Origin: Pseudomonadales bacterium
GTDB lineage: Bacteria; Pseudomonadota; Gammaproteobacteria; Pseudomonadales; Pseudohongiellaceae
Assembly: GCA_963665315.1 (NCBI GenBank)
Contig: OY762274.1
Span: 3,162,133-3,226,132, forward strand
Reading direction: 5' to 3'
Length of the DNA stretch: 64,000 nucleotides
Shown: piece by piece, positions 18,306 through 27,500 of the stretch
Layout: the number at the start of each line of letters is the position of its first letter
Position numbering within the stretch: the stretch's first letter is position 1
Notes under the pieces: generated by a model
What the model was told of the DNA's origin: nothing
Databases searched by the model: none
Seen by the model: the letters and a program-made list of their open reading frames with translations, nothing else
Made by a program: the position numbers and the translations under genes

Positions 18306-19319
18306 ATGATCAGAAAAGCTTTTGCCTTGATGAGCTTGTCCGCGTTCTGCGCCGTTTCGAGTGCGCAGGAATACGAGATTCCTTATACCGAGTGGGGCGT
18401 GCCTGATTTCCAGGGTGTGTGGAAGCACGCCACCGTAATGCCGTTTGAGCGGCCGGAAGGACTCGGCGAGCAGGGTACCTATTCCGAAGAAGAGGTGCTG
18501 GCGCTCGAACGCAACGTGCAAGAGCGATTCGATGCGGACAACGAGCCGCTCGACCCGAACCGGCCGCCGCCCGAAGTGGCCGAATCGTTGCCTCCGATCG
18601 GCAACTACGATCTGTTCTGGCGCGACGACGCGCAGTTCCTGCCGACGATCAATGGCGAATTCCGTACTTCGGCGATCGTCGAACCCGCGAACGGGCGCCT
18701 CCCCGAAGTGCTTCCGGAAGCCCGCGAGCGCCTGCTGGCCGCGCGGGGCGGGCGCCAGGGCCGCACCAACGACGGCCCTGAAGGGCGCGGCCTCGGTGAA
18801 CGCTGCCTGGTAGGCTTCGGCAACCTGTCCGGGCCGGTAATGAGTCCGGTCATCTACAACAGTCATTTGCAGTTCGTGCAATCTCCGGGCTATGTGACCA
18901 TTGTCGCGGAAATGGTGCACGACGCGCGCATCATCAGGATCGGAGGTGAACGCAATCAGGCCGCCGAGGCCCAGCGTAAATGGATGGGAGATTCCATCGG
19001 CCGCTGGGAAGGCGACACGCTGGTAGTGGAAACACAGTATTTCAACGACTGGCACAGCCTTCGCGGCCTGCCCGTCGACAATATCACCATCACGGAAACC
19101 TTCCGCCGCGAATCTGACTACAAATTGATCTACGGCTTCAGGGTCAGCGATCCGAGCGTTTTCGCCGACGAATTCTACGGCGAATATCCGCTGTCACGTA
19201 TTGACGAACCGATCTACGAGTACGCCTGCCACGAAGGCAACTACGGCATGTTCGGCATATTGCAGGGCGCCAGGCGGCTTGAGGTGGTGTCCGAATTGGA
19301 AACCGGCGGCGAGAACTGA
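18306..19319 (+). CDS. Secreted conserved hypothetical protein (paralog of 59093-60103)
   Basis: Signal peptide MIRKAFALMSLSAFCAVSSAQ. It shares the blocks RWEGDTLVV, DEPIYEYACHEGNYGM and GILQGARRLE with the 59093-60103 product. I do not recognise the family. Confidence 0.75.
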   Translation: MIRKAFALMSLSAFCAVSSAQEYEIPYTEWGVPDFQGVWKHATVMPFERPEGLGEQGTYSEEEVLALERNVQERFDADNEPLDPNRPPPEVAESLPPIGNYDLFWRDDAQFLPTINGEFRTSAIVEPANGRLPEVLPEARERLLAARGGRQGRTNDGPEGRGLGERCLVGFGNLSGPVMSPVIYNSHLQFVQSPGYVTIVAEMVHDARIIRIGGERNQAAEAQRKWMGDSIGRWEGDTLVVETQYFNDWHSLRGLPVDNITITETFRRESDYKLIYGFRVSDPSVFADEFYGEYPLSRIDEPIYEYACHEGNYGMFGILQGARRLEVVSELETGGEN

Positions 19320-19341
19320 ATTCGGGCTTTTGCGAACCGAT

Positions 19342-19455
19342 AGATTCTGCGACTTCGCTTCGCTGCGCGCAGAATGACAGGTGGGGGGGCTGCGCGCGGA
19401 ATGACGGGTGGGGGCCGCGCGCAGCCAGTCATCCTGCGCGCAGTCGCAGGATCCA
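19342..19455. repeat. REP/BIME-like cluster of GC-rich palindromic units
   Basis: AGATTCTGCGACTTCGCTTCGCTGCGCGCAGAATGAC at 19342-19378. Two tandem units GCTGCGCGC(A/G)GAATGAC(A/G)GGTGGGGG at 19362-19387 and 19389-19414. An inverted unit GTCATCCTGCGCGCAGTCGCAGGATCC ends near 19455. The cluster lies between convergent genes. A near-copy of the first unit is at 46033-46069 on the opposite strand. Confidence 0.7.
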
Positions 19456-19476
19456 TCCGCAGACGGTCTGTTCTGG

Positions 19477-21660
19477 TCAATCGCTGGCGCGCACGGCCTG
19501 TTTCTTGGCCAGGCGCACCCGGTGCAGGGCCGGTTCGGTATAGCCGTTCGGTTCTCGCACGCCCTGAAATATCAGATCCCTGGCGGCCTGGAACGCAAAC
19601 GAGCCGACCGGGTTCGGCGCCATCGGTTCATATAGGGGGTCCGCGCCATTCTGGCCGTCGACCACCGCGGCCATGCGCAACAAGGATTCCTCCACCTGCT
19701 CCTCGTCGATAAGCCCATGATGCAGCCAGTTGGCGACGTACTGGCTCGATATCCGCAAGGTCGCGCGATCTTCCATCAATGCCACATTGTCGATGTTCGG
19801 CACCTTGGAACAACCGATGCCCTGATCGATCCAGCGCACGACGTAGCCGAGGATGCCCTGGATATTGTTGTCGAGTTCGCGCTGAATGCGCTCGTCGCCG
19901 AGGGCGGACGGGTCGGGGAGCAAGGGTACTTCGAGCAGGTCGCCGATGGCCGCCGGCGGCCGCTTGCGCAATTCCTCCTGTACGCCGAAAACATCGACCT
20001 TGTGATAATGCATGGCGTGCAGAACGGCGGCGGTCGGTGAGGGCACCCAGGCGGTATTGGCGCCGGCCATGGGGTGCATGACCTTCTGATCGACCATTGC
20101 CGCCATCAGGTCGGGCATGGGCCACATGCCCTTGCCGATCTGGGCTCTTCCGGGCAGTCCGCATTCGAGCCCGGTGTTTACATTGTGGTCCTCGTATGCG
20201 GCGATCCAGGTCGAGGCTTTCATTTCATCGCGCGGCAGCATCGGCCCGCCGTGCATGCCGGTATGGATTTCGTCGCCGGTACGATCGAGAAAACCGGTAT
20301 TGATGAAGACCACCCGGTCCCTGGCGTTGTAGATGCAGCGTTTCAAATTAACCGTCGTGCGCCGCTCCTCGTCCATGATGCCGACCTTGATGGTCAGCGG
20401 TTCAAGCCCCAGCAGTTCTTCCACTGCCGCGAACATATCGCAGGTGAACTGCACTTCGTCGGGCCCATGCATTTTCGGTTTGACGATGTAAATGCTGCCG
20501 GTGCGCGAATTGCGCAGCCGGTTGCGGCCCTGGATATCGAGACAGGCGGCGGCCGAAGTGATTACCGCGTCCATGATGCCCTCGAAGATCTGGCGTCCGC
20601 GGCTGTCGTAGATCGCGTTGTTGCGCATGAGATGACCGACATTGCGCACCAGCAGCAAGCTGCGGCCCGGCAGCCGCAAGACTTCGCCCCGCGGCGACCG
20701 ATACTCGCGGTCCCCGGCCAGTTCCCGCGTGATGGAAGCGCCGCCCTTGACGAAGGTCTCCGCCAGATCGCCCCGGATCAAACCGAGCCAATTGCGGTAG
20801 ACCTCGACCTTGTCGGCGGCGTCGACCGCGGCAATGCTGTCTTCGCAGTCCTGAATCGTGGTTATGGCGGCTTCCAGCAGCACGTCGCTGACTCCCGCCG
20901 GGTCGGCGGCGCCGACTTCGTGTTCGCGATCAATTACGATTTCGATATGCAGTCCGTGATTGACCAGCAGCAACGCGGTCGGCGCCTCCGCCGACCCGCG
21001 ATAGCCCGCGAACCGCTCCGGATCTCCCAGCCCGTGAACGGTCGACCCGCAGTCGCCTTGCAGCCGGCCGTCATCGACGCGGTATTGCCGCACATCGGCA
21101 TGACTCGCCCCTTCGAGCGGACATACTTCGTCGAGAAAATTGCGCACATAATCGATCACGCGTTGCCCGCGCACGGGATTGTAGCCTCCACCGCGTTCGG
21201 CGCCGCCTGCCTCGGCGATGGCGTCGCTGCCATACAGCGCGTCGTAGAGCGATCCCCAGCGGGCATTGGCGGCGTTGACGGCAAAGCGGGCGTTCTTGAC
21301 CGGCACGACGAGTTGCGGCCCGGCCATGGTCGCCATCTCCGGGTCGACATTTGCCGTTTCGATCTCGAAATCTTCCGGCGCCGGTTGCAGATAGCCGATC
21401 TCGCGCAGAAACGACTCATACGCGTCGCGGTCAAACTCCGGACCCTGGTTGCCGTGGTGCCATTCGTCGATTTTCTGTTGCAGTTGGTCCCGGTGCGCGA
21501 GCAATTCCTCGTTACGGCCGGCAAAGTCGTCGATCAGCCGTTCGAACCCTTCCCAGAAGTCTTCCTGGCCGAGGCCGATTTCCGGCAACAGCTCCCCATT
21601 CACAAAAGCTGCCAACTCAGCGGAAACGCGCAGGCCGCCAATCTCAAAATCATCGTTCAT
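19477..21660 (-). CDS. glcB: Malate synthase G
   Basis: 727 aa from ATG 21660, the GlcB length. Full-length collinear similarity to GlcB as I recall it, for example the [13 protein letters not shown] block. Confidence 0.92.
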   Translation of the reverse strand: MNDDFEIGGLRVSAELAAFVNGELLPEIGLGQEDFWEGFERLIDDFAGRNEELLAHRDQLQQKIDEWHHGNQGPEFDRDAYESFLREIGYLQPAPEDFEIETANVDPEMATMAGPQLVVPVKNARFAVNAANARWGSLYDALYGSDAIAEAGGAERGGGYNPVRGQRVIDYVRNFLDEVCPLEGASHADVRQYRVDDGRLQGDCGSTVHGLGDPERFAGYRGSAEAPTALLLVNHGLHIEIVIDREHEVGAADPAGVSDVLLEAAITTIQDCEDSIAAVDAADKVEVYRNWLGLIRGDLAETFVKGGASITRELAGDREYRSPRGEVLRLPGRSLLLVRNVGHLMRNNAIYDSRGRQIFEGIMDAVITSAAACLDIQGRNRLRNSRTGSIYIVKPKMHGPDEVQFTCDMFAAVEELLGLEPLTIKVGIMDEERRTTVNLKRCIYNARDRVVFINTGFLDRTGDEIHTGMHGGPMLPRDEMKASTWIAAYEDHNVNTGLECGLPGRAQIGKGMWPMPDLMAAMVDQKVMHPMAGANTAWVPSPTAAVLHAMHYHKVDVFGVQEELRKRPPAAIGDLLEVPLLPDPSALGDERIQRELDNNIQGILGYVVRWIDQGIGCSKVPNIDNVALMEDRATLRISSQYVANWLHHGLIDEEQVEESLLRMAAVVDGQNGADPLYEPMAPNPVGSFAFQAARDLIFQGVREPNGYTEPALHRVRLAKKQAVRASD

Positions 21661-21767
21661 CTTTTGGATATCCCTTGTCTGGCTGAATCGCAATTCTAAT
21701 TTTTTGTGGCGCTGGATCGGCCCGCGCATATAATAGCCTAGTTGACCACACTGATGAGGGTAGTCCG

Positions 21768-22226
21768 ATGAAACGCCTTACCGCCGCCGTATGCTGCCTG
21801 TGCCTGTTGCCCTTCGCCATGGCGCTGCAGGCGGCCGATGACGCAATCGACATCGACGCCATGAGCGTTGCCGAATTGAGAGAAGAAATCGACAAGATCG
21901 AGAAGGAAGTCTATCGAGTCTTCAATCTTCGTACCGAAGACGATTCCCTGCACGTTATTTGCCACGATTACACGCCTACCGGTTCCAACATTTCGCGGGA
22001 AGCCTGCGAGCCGAATTTCCTGATCGAGGCCCGCTCCCGCAATGCCAGAAACTACCAGGACGGATTAGACGAATTGCTCGATACGGAAGGGCTGTTGGCC
22101 GAAACGAGCGATCAATTCGAGAAATTCAACGAGGCCATGGCGAACCTGAACGAGGACTACGACTATTTCCGCGAACTGAACATCATTCTTTCGGTGCTGC
22201 GGAATCGAATGGAAGAAATTCGCTAG
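21768..22226 (+). CDS. Small secreted hypothetical protein
   Basis: 152 aa with signal peptide [22 protein letters not shown] and an acidic helical remainder. No family recognised. Confidence 0.6.
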   Translation: MKRLTAAVCCLCLLPFAMALQAADDAIDIDAMSVAELREEIDKIEKEVYRVFNLRTEDDSLHVICHDYTPTGSNISREACEPNFLIEARSRNARNYQDGLDELLDTEGLLAETSDQFEKFNEAMANLNEDYDYFRELNIILSVLRNRMEEIR

Positions 22227-22233
22227 CGAACGC

Positions 22234-23508
22234 TTACTCGGCAAGCAGGGAAATTCTTAATTCGGCGGTAACCAGCGCCTGCCGGTCCAGTGTTTCGCGC
22301 GCCCATCGGAGCAGCGTTTCCGCGCTTTGCTCCACCTTGGCGTCATACACCGTCTCGCCGTTGACGTCGACCGCTACCGGTTGACTGAAATCGATTTCTT
22401 CCGGATTCAGCAACAGGCTGAATCCGGCGACCGCGGTCGCTTCCACCGTGAAGCGGTTGCCCTCGCGTTCGACTTTCAACACCGCGAGATACTCGGGGCT
22501 CTCCATCCGGTCGAGCCGAAGCCACATGTTGCGGTTGTACCGGTCGTCCCGGTCCGCCACCCATTGCAGGAATTCCGGGAACGGATCCCGCGGATGTTCG
22601 GTCTTGAATCGTTCGATGGCGGGAGTCTCTTCCGGCAGCCAGCGGGTGTCGTGGCCGCCGCCCTCGATCACTCGGAAAACATATTCGACCTGGGCCTCTT
22701 CCAACACGTCGACGAAGGATTGCAATGAGGCCGCCGGATAGAGCCGGTCCAGCTCGCCGTTCACGATGTACAGCGGTTTGGCCGTCAGATTTTCGAAGAA
22801 AAGCCGGTTGTTGTCGCGGCCTTGCGGATTGCGCAGCACTCCGGGATGGCCGATGTAAGGCAGGAACGAGGCCCATTCGCTCGGCTGCTTGAAGGCGAAA
22901 AACCAGGCGCCGGTGCCGCCGTCGGAAATGCCGGTCATGCTGACCCGATTGTCGTCGACGTTGTAAAGCCGCTTCACTTCGCGCAGCACGGCAGGCAGGT
23001 TGTCCGCCTGGTTGTCGTGCCACCAGAAGGCCTCGCGCCAGGACGCGGGCACCACGACGATGCGGTCTTCCCGTTGCAGGTCCGCATAGCCGGAACGCCA
23101 CCATTCGACGCCCGGCCCCCATTCGGGGCGGGCCACGCCCCCATGCAGCAGGAATTCGACCGGATAGGAAACTTCCGGATCGTAGCCTTTCGGCACGACT
23201 ACGCCATAGCGGAAGGTCAGGCCGTCGGCGCCGGTGCGCGAATCTTCCCAGGCGCCGGTTTCGACGTCAGGCGAGAATGCCGGGCCTTGCTTCAGCCAGG
23301 CATACAGGGTGGCGACGTCGTCGGCCGCCGCCAGCAACGCCTGTTCACTGGCGCGCTGTTCTTCGGCCGAGACTGCCTGCCAGAAATCATCGACAAGGCT
23401 GCCACCGCCGTTCTCGGCGGCAAAGGCGGAAGCGGATGCGGCCAGCAGCAGGACCGCCGCCAGCCGCAAAAGCGCCGAGTTTCCCGCGCCGGGATTACTG
23501 TCCGCCAA
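22234..23508 (-). CDS. Secreted alpha/beta-hydrolase (esterase / S9-like peptidase fold)
   Basis: 424 aa with a signal peptide, an LLHGG oxyanion-type block (VEFLLHGGVARPEW) and the nucleophile elbow MTGISDGGTGAWFF (GxSxG). The start is non-ATG (TTG) and uncertain. Confidence 0.7.
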   Translation of the reverse strand: MADSNPGAGNSALLRLAAVLLLAASASAFAAENGGGSLVDDFWQAVSAEEQRASEQALLAAADDVATLYAWLKQGPAFSPDVETGAWEDSRTGADGLTFRYGVVVPKGYDPEVSYPVEFLLHGGVARPEWGPGVEWWRSGYADLQREDRIVVVPASWREAFWWHDNQADNLPAVLREVKRLYNVDDNRVSMTGISDGGTGAWFFAFKQPSEWASFLPYIGHPGVLRNPQGRDNNRLFFENLTAKPLYIVNGELDRLYPAASLQSFVDVLEEAQVEYVFRVIEGGGHDTRWLPEETPAIERFKTEHPRDPFPEFLQWVADRDDRYNRNMWLRLDRMESPEYLAVLKVEREGNRFTVEATAVAGFSLLLNPEEIDFSQPVAVDVNGETVYDAKVEQSAETLLRWARETLDRQALVTAELRISLLAE

Positions 23509-24361
23509 GCTCGGAGTACACCGCGCTCAGGAAACGTTCCGGATCGCCGTAACGGTCGTTCCAGGCAGCGGTCGGATCGGCCGCCGCGACCTGGTCGTAA
23601 TCCATTCCTTGACCGATCATGCTCTCCACGGAGTTTGCAGTCTCGATGATCATGTCGCGGAACTCCATGACGTCGGCGCGGGAAGAAACCCCGCCATGGC
23701 CTGGTACGACCCGCGTATCGGGGCCTGCGCGTCCGACGAGCATGCCGAGCGCCGCGATGGTGCCGTCGAGAGTGCCGCCGTTGGCAAGGTCGATAAACGG
23801 GAAAGAAGTGGTGCGAAACACGTCACCCGCGTGAATCACGTCCGACCCACGGAAATGAACGAAGCTGTCGCCGTCGGTATGGGCCGGCGGCACGGCGAAC
23901 ACATGCACTTCCTCGCCGTTGAGGTGGACCGTGATATTGCCGTCATAGGTCAGCACGGGCAGAGCCAGACCGGATGTCTGCTCGGCCAGCCGCAGTCTCA
24001 CTTCGTCCCGGGCGAGAATGTCGATGCCCATGCGGCCGAGGTTTTCGTTGCCGCCGGTATGGTCGCCATGCACGTGGGTGTTGATGACGAAGCGGATATC
24101 GCCGTCGTTGAGTTCGGCGATGGCCGCTACGATGCGCTCGGTCAGGGGCGCGAACTGATCGTCGATCATGACCACGCCGTCGTCGCCGACGGACAGGCCG
24201 ATATTGCCGCCGGCGCCTTGCAGGTAGTACATGTTGCCGGCCACGTGATGCGGGATGATTTCAACATCGCTGAAATCCTGCTGCGCCTGCGTCGGCAGAA
24301 CGAACAGCATTGCCGCGGGAAGGGCCAGCGCGACCACGCTTGAACTGATGGAACGATTCAC
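23495..24361 (-). CDS. Exported MBL-fold metallo-hydrolase
   Basis: 288 aa with a signal peptide and the zinc-binding motif NTHVHGDHTGGN (HxHxDH). GTG start. Confidence 0.85.
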   Translation of the reverse strand: MNRSISSSVVALALPAAMLFVLPTQAQQDFSDVEIIPHHVAGNMYYLQGAGGNIGLSVGDDGVVMIDDQFAPLTERIVAAIAELNDGDIRFVINTHVHGDHTGGNENLGRMGIDILARDEVRLRLAEQTSGLALPVLTYDGNITVHLNGEEVHVFAVPPAHTDGDSFVHFRGSDVIHAGDVFRTTSFPFIDLANGGTLDGTIAALGMLVGRAGPDTRVVPGHGGVSSRADVMEFRDMIIETANSVESMIGQGMDYDQVAAADPTAAWNDRYGDPERFLSAVYSELGGQ

Positions 24362-24480
24362 GATTAACCCCCATGTCAGGATCCGGTACGGGTCATTGAG
24401 AATAAAGGATGCCGTATATGCTGTCTATTGCGCCCGCTCCGCTCCGCCGCGGAACCGAATACTCCCCCTTGGGGGGAGTC

Positions 24481-24499
24481 AAAACCGCAAAGCGGTTTT
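24481..24499. terminator. Symmetric (bidirectional-type) Rho-independent terminator hairpin
   Basis: AAAACCGC-aaa-GCGGTTTT: a perfect 8-bp stem flanked by A and T runs on both strands, 51 nt past the stop of the large surface-protein gene. Confidence 0.65.
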
Positions 24500-24549
24500 G
24501 GTGGGGGCGGGGGCCGGGGCAAGCCCGCGCCCCCGGGAACGATCGTCCG

Positions 24550-27500
24550 TCACGGCGCTTGCGCGGTAAAGGCGGCGCCGGCAGCGGCGGGCAGGGCCAC
24601 CGCGGCGATCTCCCGGTCGCAGCGCAGCGTCACCGCGCCGCCTTCGAAATCGTCGGGCGGCCCGAACAGGTCGGCCAGAAAACGGATCGCCGTGGATGCT
24701 CCCGCGACCCGGATCGACGGGCCGGCCGCCTCTTCCCGACCCGGCAGCGTCAGCGCGACCTCGCAGAAAGCATCCGCTTCGCCGGCGTTGGCCAGCGCCA
24801 GCGCCAGACGCGCCAGCCCGGGCGCGACCGGGAAACGGATTTCCTTCGTCGGGGTCGCGGGCGAGACGGCCGCGACGCCGGCCGAACCGTCGTCCGCGCG
24901 CGCGGTCAGCAGATTGCGCAGGTCCGCCGGCGCCTCGCAATCCAGCACGGCGTGGCCGAACGCGGGCAGATTCCGGTCCCGGCTCGAAAGCACGGCCTGA
25001 CCGCCGCCCGCCAGCGTGAGCGCGATGGTGTCGAAGCCTTCCGTGGCCGCGCCGCCGGGGAGGGCGAAGCGGGCGGTGGGCGCGCCGGGCATATGCAAGC
25101 GCAATTTACAGCTATTGGCCGTATCGGACAGGTTCGCCACCGCCAGATGCGAGCGAAAGCCGCCGCCGTCCCGCACCAGGGGCAGCACCCGATGCGTGCG
25201 CGGGTCGTCGCCGTCTTCGCCGTCTTCCGGGGCGGCGGGCGCGGGCGCGGGAACGAAGGCCGCCAGCGCGGCGAAGTCGCCGCCGTGCAGCGCCACGCCC
25301 AGGGGCGCCACCGCCCGGTCGCAGGTCACCGAAACCGACCCGTCTTCGGCGTCGTCCGGCATCGGCGCGAGTTCGTCCAGAAACCGCACGGCGGCCGACC
25401 GCGCGGGAACCGCGAGATTGCCGCCGGCGCGCGCGCCCGACGCCGTGGTCAGTTCCACCGCGCAGGACGCGTCCAGCGCGTTGTCGTTGGCGAATACCAG
25501 TCCCAGACGGCCCACGCGGGGCAATACCGGGAACCGGAATTCCCGTACCCCCTGCGTGCTTTCCAGATCGGTCAGGGCCATTGGGACGCCGCCGTCTTCC
25601 AGGACCAGCAGCATGCGCGCGAGCGTCGGGCGCTCGCAGGAGAGTTTCGCATAACCCACGGCCAGACCCTCCGCGCCGGTCGTCGCCAGGGCGACGTCGG
25701 GGCCGGCCGCGCCGAAATCGACGACGGCACCGTCCTCCGCCGCCGTCAGCGCGGCGTGCGCTTCGAAGCGGGCGGCGTCCAGTCCCGCCCCGGCCAGCGT
25801 CAGCGCGCAGCGGTTGTCCGCCGCCGAAACGTCGGTCAGGAACAGGCGGCCGCGGAATCCGTCTCCGTCGGCGAACAGCGGAAACAGGTGTTCCCGGGCG
25901 GCGGGGGACATTGCCGGCTCGGGGTCGGGCTCCGTCGGGTCAATCGGATCTGCCGGGTCTACCGGGTCCGTTGGGTCCACCGGATCGACCGGGTCCACCG
26001 GATCGACCGGATCGACCGGGTCCGCCGGGTCTACCGGGTCCACCGGATCGACCGGGTCTACAGGCTCGGGTCCGGGGGGCGGCCGCGGGGGATCGTCGTC
26101 CACGATCGTCACCGTGTGGGTCCGGATGGCGTCCTCGTCGATCTGGTAGAGGACATTCTCGCTCACCAGCGTCAGCACCACGGTCTCGGCCCCTTCCGCC
26201 AGATTGTCGTCGACGATATCCACATTCAAGTTGTGAGCGACCCGGTTGTGCGGGACTTTCACGCCCAGCTTCCCGGTGTCGGTGAAGACGTTGATATCGT
26301 AGTCCTCCCCGCGCTCGGCGCCGCCCTCCGCGGCGACGATCACCGTCACGGCGCCCACGGTCGCCGGCGCGAAGACCAGGCCCACGGCGTGCGTCCCGTC
26401 CCCCTCGCCGACCGTCGACGCCGCCGCGGCGAACGACACCAGCGGCGGGTCCAGGATCGTCACCCGCTGCGTCAGCCGCGAACCGGCCGCCACCAGGCCG
26501 GCCGGCGTGGCGTTGGCCCAGTCCAGCGTCATGTCGAAGGTCTCGCTCCCCTCCCGGAGGGTGTCCCGGATCAGCGTGTACGGCTCCCCCTCCCCCGAGA
26601 CGAAATTCTTGCCCGCCGGTATCGTGATCGACGCCGACGGCGTGTAGTCCGTGCCGCCGGTCGCCGTCCTGTCCGCGAAGGTCAACGGCACCACGATGTC
26701 CTCCGGATAGGCGGCGCTCAGCCGGACGATATGGATGTGCGACACCTCGCGCGCGTATTCCAAGACATCTCTCGCCGCCACGGCCCAGCTCACCTCCACC
26801 GATGTGGGCGGGTCCGCGATCGTGAGCGTGCTGCTCGTCCCATCGAGGCTCAGGATCACCGTCTCGCCGTTGTCGGCGACGCTGTCCGCGGTCGCCCGCA
26901 GGAACACGACGCTCTGCACGACCCTGGAGTTCTGGTCTCCGATGACGACGGTGAACGTCGGGTTGGCGCTGTCCAGGTTGGAACACGTCACCCCGGGGGC
27001 CGGGCCGCACTCGAACGTGTAATCGACGCCGCGGGTAGCCGTGCCCCCCACCGAGACCGTGTAGCTCGCCACGGCGCCGTGGTCGCTCAGCGGGGCGCTC
27101 AGGGACAAACCCAGGGAAACCCGCACCCCCTCGACCACGGTGTTGGGGGTGATCGTTCCGATCGGGGAGATATTGATCCGCGCCGTCCCGGCGCCGGCCG
27201 CGCCCACGTCGATGACGAAGTCGTCCGAAACCCCGCCGCCGTTGCCGTCGGACGCCGTCACCCGCACCGTGACCGACCCGATGTCGCCCGCCGCGGGCGT
27301 GCCCGAAAAGCGGCGGGCCGCCGCGGCGAAGTCAAGCCACGAAGGCAGCGCCGAACCGTCGCTCAGCGACGCCGCGTAGCTTAGCGCGTCGCCGTCCGCG
27401 TCCGCGAACGCGTTCGCCGGAAACGCGTAGCTGAACGGCTCCCCCGCCGTCGCCGCACGGTTCGGAATCGCGTTCGCCACCGTCGGCGCCGCGTTCGTCC

